NCBI GenBank assembly: GCA_018658955.1
Contig: JABIPM010000040.1
Span: 1 to 41,487 of the forward strand
DNA from: Candidatus Woesearchaeota archaeon
GTDB lineage: Archaea; Nanobdellota; Nanobdellia; SCGC-AAA011-G17; UBA489
DNA: 41,487 bases
Direction of reading: 5' to 3'
Under the pieces are notes generated by a model, which did not search any database, was not told where the DNA came from, and was given only the letters and a program-made list of their open reading frames with translations. A program made the translations under genes and the position numbers. This document shows positions 28,261 to 36,464 of this stretch, one piece after another (positions within the stretch are counted from its first letter, which is position 1; each line of letters begins with the position of its first letter).

Positions 28261-28704
28261 ATGAAAAACAAAAAAGGATTCATAAAAACATTAGAAGCAG
28301 TTTTAGCAATAATAGTTTTACTTTCATTAATATTTACATTAACACCTAAAACAGAAATAGATATTTCAAAACCAAATTCATTACAACAAGCACACAATAT
28401 TATGTTTTCAGAGATTTCTCAAAACATTTCATTTAGAGAGTGTATTCTTGATTTAACAAACAACAAAGAAATCAACAGTGCTCCAGGTTTCAACGATCCC
28501 TCAACAGGCCAATGTCTAACCTCCATCAACACCTTCCTAGAAACATACAGGCCACACGGTTACATTTACTTAGCAGAAGTTTGTGACAAATCTGCATCAT
28601 GTTTAGAAGGAGATTTACCAATAGACAAACAGATATATTCAGAAAGTATCATGTTAGCTTCAGACACTCCAAAAGTATTTAGAATTTACTTCTGGGAACG
28701 ATAG
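28261..28704 (+). CDS. Minor pilin-like protein (class III signal peptide)
   Basis: MKNKKG/FIKTLEAVLAIIVLL; ends in FWER. Confidence 0.78.
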   Translation: MKNKKGFIKTLEAVLAIIVLLSLIFTLTPKTEIDISKPNSLQQAHNIMFSEISQNISFRECILDLTNNKEINSAPGFNDPSTGQCLTSINTFLETYRPHGYIYLAEVCDKSASCLEGDLPIDKQIYSESIMLASDTPKVFRIYFWER

Positions 28705-28735
28705 AAATATAAACAATATAATTAATTAAACTAAA

Positions 28736-29728
28736 ATGGCAAGGAGGGATTTTATCATCACAGTTACATTAATTCTTGCAGCAGCTATGCTAGCAAATAA
28801 TTTAGATTCAGATTTAACAGGAATGCAAACTACGACGGGTAAAGGGCCAGATGCATTAGAGGGGCATAATGAATGTTTCATAGATACCTCACCCACAGGT
28901 CAAAAGAGTTTTTCTTGTAGGTCAGTTCAAGGACCTGGACAAGATCAATGTAGCTCATATGCAGACTGTGATGCTCAATGGGATTTATGCTGCACTTTAA
29001 CGACCTGTTCACCAGTTCAAGCAGGAACTTGTAAGGGAAGTTCATGCACTGCAAATTCAGATTGTCTAAATATTAAAGATGAAATAATCGTAACTAAAGA
29101 TTGCACAGGCAGAGACACAACAGGAAATAAAGACGCATGTATCTTTATTGGAAAGGGATTAGTTTGCGGAACAAGTTCAGACGAATCAAAGAAGTATTGT
29201 TGTGAATCAGATTCTTCTGGAGGGTGTAGCTGTAGTACAGAAATAAAAAATCCTTGTTCAAAGCAAGAAGACTGTTTGGGTGCAATGTGTTACGCAGAAG
29301 CGGCAGGAGAATCAGCTGCATGTAAAAAAGCAGTATCTTGTGTAATGAAAAATAGAAAAGATAGCGATTTATATCCGGATGATTATTGTGCACTAGCTTC
29401 AGAAGGGGCAGACAATAACAATCAGCCTTTACAATTCAAACCATTTAGGTGTGTTTGTCAAAAAGGGAGTAATCCTAATGGAAATAATAGATATTGCGAT
29501 GCCTGTGAGGGGACAATCACAAATTCCTTAGAAAAAAAAGCAGCAGATCAATGTAAAGAAATAGCTGATCAATTGGCTACAAATCCTAGTTTCTGTAATG
29601 GTTACAGCGCAGACTCATTTTATGCAGGAAACTCAAGTGGAAACTGTGATTCTGTTTGTGGTGAAGGAAAGGGAACAAAAGTATCTGCAAAAGGTTGTGA
29701 GGGTCACGTATTTTGTAAGTGTAATTAA
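28736..29728 (+). CDS. Secreted Cys-rich protein with SleB/CwlJ-like cell-wall hydrolase (Hydrolase_2) domain
   Basis: Signal/TM helix; 34 Cys; CLGAMCYAEAAGE..CKKAVSCVMKNR....YPDDYC...QF...ADSFY...GHVF follows the Hydrolase_2 pattern with putative catalytic Glu188. Confidence 0.75.
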   Translation: MARRDFIITVTLILAAAMLANNLDSDLTGMQTTTGKGPDALEGHNECFIDTSPTGQKSFSCRSVQGPGQDQCSSYADCDAQWDLCCTLTTCSPVQAGTCKGSSCTANSDCLNIKDEIIVTKDCTGRDTTGNKDACIFIGKGLVCGTSSDESKKYCCESDSSGGCSCSTEIKNPCSKQEDCLGAMCYAEAAGESAACKKAVSCVMKNRKDSDLYPDDYCALASEGADNNNQPLQFKPFRCVCQKGSNPNGNNRYCDACEGTITNSLEKKAADQCKEIADQLATNPSFCNGYSADSFYAGNSSGNCDSVCGEGKGTKVSAKGCEGHVFCKCN

Positions 29729-30627
29729 TTCTTTTCAATCACAGCAATAAACAAACCATTTGTATCATAATATTGCGGCCAAATTTTAATATAATTTTTC
29801 AAACCACTTTTAATTTTATATCCATTTAATCTTGCAGGTTTAATTAATTTACAATCAGTATGGTCTTTCAAAAAACTTTCAATTAAATTTTCATCTTCCT
29901 CAGGTTCTAAACTACAAGTAACATAGACAATTCTTCCCTTTTTTTTCAAACAAGAGTAAGCTCGTCTCAATATCTTTTTTTGTAATCTTGCATACTTCTC
30001 AACAACTTTGGGATTCCATTCTTTCAATAATTTTTTAGTTTTAGCAGTTTTACCTTTAATCAATCCACTTCCAGTACAAGGCACATCCAATAAAATCCCA
30101 TCAAACTTTTCACTACAAAGATAATCTTCTCCTTTTTGGGCATCAAATTTAATTTTCTCAACACCACAACGTTCCATATTAATCTTCAAAATATTTCTTC
30201 TAAATCCATTAGGTTCATTAGCTTTCAAATATCCTTTTCCACCCATCAAACAAGCAATATTAAGCGTTTTTCCTCCAGGCGCAGCACACATATCTAAAAA
30301 CTTACTTCTGACCCCATACTTAAAATATTGAGCAGGAATCATACTAGGGGCCCCCATAGAAAAGATCATTCCTTTCTTATGTTGATCACTATTTCCTATG
30401 TCTCTTCGTCCAGTTTCATGTTCAATAAAGAATCCATTATTACACCAAGGAATTTTTTTTAATATCCACCCATCTTTTTCTAAACTTTTCCTAACAGAAT
30501 TAACAGAATAATTTAAAGTATTAATCTTAACACTCTTTCTTGCAAAATTATTTTCCACAGAATTTTTATACTCTTCAAAATTAGTTAACTTTTCGTATTT
30601 TTTCACAAATTTTTCTTTAAATTTCAT
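29725..30627 (-). CDS. RsmB/NOP2 family RNA m5C methyltransferase
   Basis: LDMCAAPGGKT, ILLDVPCTGSG, VYVTCSLEPEEDE. Confidence 0.93.
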   Translation of the reverse strand: MKFKEKFVKKYEKLTNFEEYKNSVENNFARKSVKINTLNYSVNSVRKSLEKDGWILKKIPWCNNGFFIEHETGRRDIGNSDQHKKGMIFSMGAPSMIPAQYFKYGVRSKFLDMCAAPGGKTLNIACLMGGKGYLKANEPNGFRRNILKINMERCGVEKIKFDAQKGEDYLCSEKFDGILLDVPCTGSGLIKGKTAKTKKLLKEWNPKVVEKYARLQKKILRRAYSCLKKKGRIVYVTCSLEPEEDENLIESFLKDHTDCKLIKPARLNGYKIKSGLKNYIKIWPQYYDTNGLFIAVIEKN

Positions 30628-31631
30628 ATGTAATCTAAAAGGGGAACATGTTCAACACCAATCTTTCCAACATAAAGTTTAGACATGTCTCCACCTTTCT
30701 CCGCGAAGTCTTTAACTTTCAAGAATCCTTTCAAGTATAAATGGTCTTTGGTAAATGCACCAGGTTTTGAGGTATCTCTTAATCCCCTTTTAGCACGTAA
30801 AGTTAATGTCCACGCATCACCCTTAGGAAAATATTCTAGCAATGCATTGTAAACCGCACTAAAACTATTTTTCAAACTCAGTTCATTTGCAAATACTCTT
30901 CCCGCATAGTTTTTTAAAATTCTAGGAGTTAACAAACCAGAACAATATTCATTATATGCTGCCAATCCTTCTTCAGTGTCTAAATAACCAGGAAAACCAA
31001 ACTTAAACATCTTATATTTACAAGCATTAGCATTTTCAGAGCGAGTAATGTGTGTCCCTATTTCATGTACGATTAAACGTTTAACATCGTTTTCAGAAAA
31101 ATCTCTATTTTTATTGATAAATAAAGTTCTATTTTTTACATTAAAAGTAGCTCCTGCAACCATTTCTTTCTCCTTAACGGTCCAATTAAGATTTTTTAAT
31201 GCAAATGTATCCATAAATTTTTTAGTCATTGAAAGTCGAGAATATCTTTTCCAAACATCTTCTTCATCACTTCGTAATATTTTTCTCGCCTCACAAATTA
31301 AATCACTAGAAGGTTTACCATAGGTCTTAATGGAATACTTAGTAAACTCTTTTTTACCAACATGCCTCAACATATTTAACATATTATTTAATTCACTAAT
31401 CTTACTTCTCAATAATTTTCCATAAACCGTATCGTCTGTTCTCAAGGACAACAAATGTTTTTCAACAGAATCATATTTAGAAAGATTCACACAATAATCA
31501 AATTTAGGATTGTAACTATTATTCCCAAACATCTTCTTCATTTCTTCAGAAGTATTAGTTGGTCCAAGAACAGAAATTCTAATCTTGCTATGTATTCTTG
31601 CCAAATCTCTATCCACTTTTTTAAGAAGCAT
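30624..31631 (-). CDS. DUF1704 / MATCAP-like ('QEGLA-motif') metallo-carboxypeptidase
   Basis: HEIGTH Zn motif, TEEGLA, RAKRG, FTKDHLYLKG. Confidence 0.88.
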   Translation of the reverse strand: MLLKKVDRDLARIHSKIRISVLGPTNTSEEMKKMFGNNSYNPKFDYCVNLSKYDSVEKHLLSLRTDDTVYGKLLRSKISELNNMLNMLRHVGKKEFTKYSIKTYGKPSSDLICEARKILRSDEEDVWKRYSRLSMTKKFMDTFALKNLNWTVKEKEMVAGATFNVKNRTLFINKNRDFSENDVKRLIVHEIGTHITRSENANACKYKMFKFGFPGYLDTEEGLAAYNEYCSGLLTPRILKNYAGRVFANELSLKNSFSAVYNALLEYFPKGDAWTLTLRAKRGLRDTSKPGAFTKDHLYLKGFLKVKDFAEKGGDMSKLYVGKIGVEHVPLLDYI

Positions 31632-31659
31632 ATAGACTCATAAAAAATTTCACTTATAT

Positions 31660-31803
31660 CTATTTCTTTATTGGAGTATCTTCTTCAACAATAATTGCAC
31701 CAGAATATCCACAATTTTTACAGTGATAAATTCCAGTCAATCCTCCAGCATAAAAATCAATAGCTCCAGAACCGCATTTTGGACAGCTTTTTTTACTAAC
31801 CAT
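31660..31803 (-). CDS. Small Zn-ribbon protein (47 aa)
   Basis: Manually translated MVSKKSCPKCGSGAIDFYAGGLTGIYHCKNCGYSGAIIVEEDTPIKK*. Confidence 0.8.
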   Translation of the reverse strand: MVSKKSCPKCGSGAIDFYAGGLTGIYHCKNCGYSGAIIVEEDTPIKK

Positions 31804-31858
31804 GATATCTTTAAAACAACAATCTTTAAATATGCTTTGAAAGTAGAATAAGACACAG

Positions 31859-31931
31859 GAGCCAGTGGTCTAGTGGCTATGACAGCGCCCTTACAAGGCG
31901 TTAATCGGAGGTTCGAGTCCTCCCTGGCTCA
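31859..31931 (+). tRNA. tRNA-Val(TAC)
   Basis: Acceptor GAGCCAG/CTGGCTC; anticodon arm GCGCC-CT TAC AA-GGCGT; GTTCGAGTC. Confidence 0.95.
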
Positions 31932-31938
31932 TTTTTAC

Positions 31939-32010
31939 GCGGTGGTAGTATAGTGGTTAGTATTCAACGTTGCCAACGTTGGGACTCGGGTTCGAACCCC
32001 GGCCGCCGCA
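31939..32010 (+). tRNA. tRNA-Gly(GCC)
   Basis: Acceptor GCGGTGG/CCGCCGC; anticodon arm CAACG-TT GCC AA-CGTTG; GTTCGAAC; 7 nt after tRNA-Val. Confidence 0.95.
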
Positions 32011-32015
32011 TAGGT

Positions 32016-32600
32016 TTATTTATACTGGGGATTGTGCCAACTCATAATACTAATTTCATTAAGTATATTAGAAATTCCCGAATTAATGAATTCGTTATTC
32101 TCAAAAAATTTTGTAGGTCCAGGTCCATTGGCCAAAAGTTCAATAAGCTCAGAATCTTTTCCTTTCAAATAGTCAATCATTTCCGTACCGAATCCTTTTC
32201 CCATGAATTTTTCATTACAATCAATTATTCCTAAATGGAGTATGTTTCCTTTACCAGTATAGTCTCTAAATCCTTCATATTTTTTAAGATCTGGAATCAA
32301 CACAGACGTGCCTTCAAGGTCAAATAATTTTCCAGGATTATTTAATCCATCAATCAAGGAATTCCATCCAACATCCTTGGAAGGATTGCCTAAGTAACAA
32401 GAAGCATAAATTAAAGGCTCATCATTTTCACAACCTACAACAAATAAATCTTGATTAAGAAATGGAGATCTATCGTCTGGATTGTTCCATCTCAAGTAAG
32501 TATAATTTTTATAATTGTTTTCAATCTCTTTAACTAACTCATTTTCATTGTCAGTAATATCATAAAATTTCATCTTAGAAAAACCTATAGTCTCCAGCAT
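32016..32600 (-). CDS. GNAT family N-acetyltransferase
   Basis: Motif A IIDCNEKFMGKGFGTEMIDY and motif B AN....KFFENNEF. Confidence 0.7.
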   Translation of the reverse strand: MLETIGFSKMKFYDITDNENELVKEIENNYKNYTYLRWNNPDDRSPFLNQDLFVVGCENDEPLIYASCYLGNPSKDVGWNSLIDGLNNPGKLFDLEGTSVLIPDLKKYEGFRDYTGKGNILHLGIIDCNEKFMGKGFGTEMIDYLKGKDSELIELLANGPGPTKFFENNEFINSGISNILNEISIMSWHNPQYK

Positions 32601-32677
32601 ATAAGTCTTACTCTTTCCAAAAATCCTTTAAAAACCGCCAAAAACACTTAAATTCTAACAAATATTCAAATTTGTAC

Positions 32678-33058
32678 ATGAAATGATCAACATATGTAAG
32701 GTCAGAAGGTCACGTCCATCAAGCCCCTCAAGAAATAAAAGCAAGGTTCAGATTAATTCATGATGAAGAAAATGGTCTAGAAAAAAGAGTTTTTCAAGAG
32801 TTTTTCATTAAAAAAACATATGATTCAGATTTCGAACATTATTCTGCACTAGAGTTATCTGGAGAAACTTTGGACAGATTAGAAAATAGAGAAGCATATA
32901 TTATCTCTGACAGTTTAGTTTATTCTTTAGCACCAAATCAATCAAAAAGAGTAACTAGAAAAGAAAATAACAAACAAAGTTTGAATCAATCTGATATCTG
33001 GAAAAAAGATCTTTTAAGGACATCTTCCTATAGAAAGCAATTAAATCAATCGTCATAA
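32678..33058 (+). pseudogene. Hypothetical gene interrupted by TGA at codon 3
   Basis: ATG AAA TGA TCA ACA TAT... then 123 open codons in frame with ORF 32870..33058. Confidence 0.5.
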
Positions 33059-33816
33059 CTTTCAAGAATTGGTTCAAGAGCCAGGTTAATAGTATTCATC
33101 CAAGAATCATTAAATTTTAGAGTACTTTGGTTTCTAACTTTTCCCAAAATTCCATTTCTTTGAAGATTGACAGCAATACCCTCTCCTAAATTATTGATTC
33201 TAAATGTAGAGCTATCGTAATTATCAGTTGTAAAATTATTAAATATTAATGAAAAATTATATTTTGCATCATCTGAAGATAGAGTTTTTCCACGAATGTT
33301 GATTGACCCATAACGAGGATTACTAAATTTAATATCTGCTTGCCTATTTTCATTTTTAGATCTTAAGTTTACGCTAAGTTCTAAATATTCGTTTGAATTA
33401 GGATTTCCGAATTTAGCAGAATACTCATTGTTAGTTATTTCAGAAGGATTAACTCTGAGTAACATATCAGAAACTAAGTTTTCTAACTCCTGAGGATTAG
33501 ATAAATAGTCTTTTCCATTTAACCATTCTTTAATTGCATTATCAAATTGTTGGACATTAGAATAAGATTCATTGGTTCTAGAAATTAAATGATTATAATC
33601 TGAATTTTTTTTAATAGAGATATCCTCTAAACCTTCAGAGGGTTTAGTTGTAGGTGTTTCAATTATTGATTCTAAGGATTTTTGAAAAACTGGAATTTCA
33701 ACAGCTGAAGACATTTCAATTTTTTTAGGCGGCGTAGGGCAAGCATATGAAATATACGTGGAGGCCCCAGCTAGGGCACCTAAAATTCCACAGTATATAT
33801 ATTTTAAAGAACTCAT
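33046..33816 (-). CDS. Exported/membrane-anchored hypothetical protein
   Basis: N-terminal hydrophobic helix, Pro/Ser linker with SLESII, beta-rich C-domain; ATGA-coupled to the upstream gene. Confidence 0.7.
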   Translation of the reverse strand: MSSLKYIYCGILGALAGASTYISYACPTPPKKIEMSSAVEIPVFQKSLESIIETPTTKPSEGLEDISIKKNSDYNHLISRTNESYSNVQQFDNAIKEWLNGKDYLSNPQELENLVSDMLLRVNPSEITNNEYSAKFGNPNSNEYLELSVNLRSKNENRQADIKFSNPRYGSINIRGKTLSSDDAKYNFSLIFNNFTTDNYDSSTFRINNLGEGIAVNLQRNGILGKVRNQSTLKFNDSWMNTINLALEPILESYDD

Positions 33817-34223
33817 GGATTTATTAGTTCACTCTCTACTCCATCTGCATCATAACACTGACAATGGCCACATGAAATCTTTCTGTGATATTTGCCGTCC
33901 TTTTTTCCAAAACTCCTATCGTTGCAACTTTTTGCATCTCCTTGAGCATTATTGTGTCCTGCTTCAGTATCGGTACAAGTATCATGGCAAAATTGGTCTG
34001 CCTCATCTTGTGCAGCAGAATCTGCTTCTTTTTGGGTGGACCCAGTTCCACATGCTTTGACATCTTGGTTTTTTGCAATTGCTCCAGGGCATTGAAGCTT
34101 TTCTTGTCCACTTGCACTATCCTCTGCAGCACCGATACTAGAAGTTTGTCCATAAACAAAACTAGTACTAGAAATCACAAATAACGTCATGATAACCAAT
34201 AATATTTTAATATTTCTTTTCAT
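33813..34223 (-). CDS. Small secreted Cys-rich protein (8 Cys)
   Basis: AGGAG RBS; signal peptide MKRNIKILLVIMTLFVISSTSFVYG; mature part with 8 Cys ending CGHCQC. Confidence 0.7.
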   Translation of the reverse strand: MKRNIKILLVIMTLFVISSTSFVYGQTSSIGAAEDSASGQEKLQCPGAIAKNQDVKACGTGSTQKEADSAAQDEADQFCHDTCTDTEAGHNNAQGDAKSCNDRSFGKKDGKYHRKISCGHCQCYDADGVESELINP

Positions 34224-34301
34224 ATTTCTTTTCTCCTATTTTTTAATAGTAAATTAATAGAACTCTTAACTTTATATTCGTTGCGAAAAGAAAAAAAGAA
34301 A

Positions 34302-34607
34302 TTAAGCGGAGTAATTTCCGCCATCAAACTTAAGAGCATAGTAACCTCTTACTTTGCTATTAAATGAGTCTCTTGCAGGCCCAATTAAGTGATTTTCTGA
34401 ATTTTCATTAAAGTATTTTCTAGAAAAAGCCATTCTGTCCATTATATTGCCTTCTTCTAATAAAGTAATATATTCCTTAGCTAACAAAAATCCTTTTGTT
34501 TTACCCGTTTCGCCTTCTGAGTTAACTTGGTTAAGCTCATCACATAAGGTTTCTCTAACTGTGTCTTTAACACTCTTTAATATTTTTTCTAAATTTTTAT
34601 CTGTCAT
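34302..34607 (-). CDS. Hypothetical protein, paralog of 34646..35104
   Basis: GAGGGT RBS; NLEKIL N-terminus; ungapped 50-aa similarity to its neighbour. Confidence 0.7.
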   Translation of the reverse strand: MTDKNLEKILKSVKDTVRETLCDELNQVNSEGETGKTKGFLLAKEYITLLEEGNIMDRMAFSRKYFNENSENHLIGPARDSFNSKVRGYYALKFDGGNYSA

Positions 34608-34645
34608 AGTTCAATTACCCTCAAATTTCAATTTAAAAAACTTGC

Positions 34646-35104
34646 TTAGGGTAGGGATCCTCCAGTATATCCTAATGCAAAGAGCTTATCCTCTACACTC
34701 AATGATCCTGACCGATATCCGAATGTAGGCTCCTTCTGAATAACTTCATAAGTTTTACTTGTATTTTTCCCACTATCTCTTACATGATGTCTAAATGCTA
34801 CTCTGCTTGTTTCAAAATAGGTTCTCAAACTTTCGCCAAACAGGTAATCGCGCCTAAATTCTTCTGCTTCTTCTAAATTTCCATTTCTTTTCATAAAAAT
34901 ATATTCATTAGCCATATTTCTTCCAATCTCTAATCTTCCAGCAATGTACAGTTCTATGCCTCTTTCTATTTCAGATCTTTTTCCGTCTGTTTTTATCTCT
35001 TTAAACCTGAAGTTTGATTTAGGTTTTACTATCTTAACTTCTACTGGTTTTTCTGCTACACTTGCAGTGTTCATTATCGTTTCTAAATTACTATTTTGTT
35101 TCAT
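34646..35104 (-). CDS. Hypothetical protein, paralog of 34302..34607
   Basis: Probable start MKQNSNLETIM at 35104; shared A.EYI.....GN......F.R.Y domain. Confidence 0.7.
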   Translation of the reverse strand: MKQNSNLETIMNTASVAEKPVEVKIVKPKSNFRFKEIKTDGKRSEIERGIELYIAGRLEIGRNMANEYIFMKRNGNLEEAEEFRRDYLFGESLRTYFETSRVAFRHHVRDSGKNTSKTYEVIQKEPTFGYRSGSLSVEDKLFALGYTGGSLP

Positions 35105-35243
35105 TGAACGCCAAAAGTCACAACTTCCCTTTTTAAATATTTTTAAAGGGCCTTTTAAAGGCAGAGAGTAAATCAAAACCTACTCTCAGAAATCAAAATC
35201 ATTTTCAAAACATATAAAAAGAGAACAATGAATCTGTTCTTAA

Positions 35244-36464
35244 GTGGTAAGATTAAAAAGAGAGTTGAGCCTTTGGCAAGTAACTATAGCAGGGGTAGGT
35301 ATTATTCTAGGTGCAGGTATTTATGCACTAATTGGGGTGGCAGCAGGTACTGCTGGAAACGCAATTTGGTTAGCATTTTTAATCTCTGCAGTGGTTGCAG
35401 GATTAACTGGTTTAAGTTACGCAGAATTAACTTCAATGTTTAAGGGTGATGCAGCAGAGTATGATTACATTAAGGAAGCATTCAACCATAAAATTGCATT
35501 AGCGGTAGGAATAATGATTATTGCTGCAGGGTTTGTAAGTGCAGCAACAGTAGCATTAGGTTTTGCAGGTTATTTTATTAAAATTTTACCAATCTCTATG
35601 GTTCTTGCAGCAATTGGATTAATTGTTTTAATGACTATAATTAATTTTACAGGAATTAAACAAACGGCATGGTTCAATACAGTTTCTACATTCATCGAAT
35701 TTGGCGGATTAGTATTAGTTATTTGGATAGGATTTCAACATCTGGGCGAAGTAAATTATTTGGAAATGCCATTTGGAATGTCTGGAGTTCTTAGTACTGC
35801 TTCATTGGTATTCTTCGCGTATATGGGATTCGAAAGCATTGTAAAATTAAGAGAAGAAACAAAAGACCCAGAAAGAACAATTCCTTTAGCATTGATTTAT
35901 TCAGTAATCATTACAGCAGTAATGTATGTATTAGTTGCAATTGCAGCAGTAAGCATAGTTAATTGGAAAACACTGAGCAATTCTACTGCCCCCTTGGCAG
36001 AAGTTGTAGCAACATCGATAGGTCCCAAGGCATTTATTATTGTAGGTATAATTGCATTATTCTCAACAGCTAACACAGTGTTAATCACATTAGTAACAAC
36101 TTCAAGAATGATATATGGAATGGCAAAACGAAAAACCTTCCCAAAAATATTTGCGGCAGTTCATAAAAAAACAAGAACTCCCTGGGTTGCAATAATTCTG
36201 TTATCCTTAATTACTATGATATTTACATTAATCAATGATCTAGAATTTATAGCAAACTTAACAAACTTATTCTTATTTGCAACCTTTGCAATGGCAAACC
36301 TAAGTATGATAATTTTAAGATACAAATTCAAGAAAAAAAGAGGATTCTATTGCCCTGTAAACATTGGTAAGTTTTCAGTAATTGCATTCCTAGGTTTCTT
36401 AACTTCAGTTATAATGTTTGGATTTGTAGTTCTAAACTTATTGGGAATTAATTTAATCTTTTAA
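35244..36464 (+). CDS. APC-superfamily amino-acid permease
   Basis: LKRELSL...GIILGAGIY, SYAEL, FFAYMGFE...EETKDPERTIP, SRMIYGMA, RTPWVAI. Confidence 0.93.
   Translation: MVRLKRELSLWQVTIAGVGIILGAGIYALIGVAAGTAGNAIWLAFLISAVVAGLTGLSYAELTSMFKGDAAEYDYIKEAFNHKIALAVGIMIIAAGFVSAATVALGFAGYFIKILPISMVLAAIGLIVLMTIINFTGIKQTAWFNTVSTFIEFGGLVLVIWIGFQHLGEVNYLEMPFGMSGVLSTASLVFFAYMGFESIVKLREETKDPERTIPLALIYSVIITAVMYVLVAIAAVSIVNWKTLSNSTAPLAEVVATSIGPKAFIIVGIIALFSTANTVLITLVTTSRMIYGMAKRKTFPKIFAAVHKKTRTPWVAIILLSLITMIFTLINDLEFIANLTNLFLFATFAMANLSMIILRYKFKKKRGFYCPVNIGKFSVIAFLGFLTSVIMFGFVVLNLLGINLIF

Noticed and set aside
20949..28704. Archaellum operon
   Set aside because: No ArlH, ArlF/G or archaellin-type subunits recognised; two separate platform genes and SP(L/V)I-type pilins indicate a pilus
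32684..32686. Genome-wide TGA recoding or selenocysteine
   Set aside because: TGA acts as a normal stop elsewhere (nrdJ, amidohydrolase, second platform gene), Trp is encoded by TGG, and there is no Sec context
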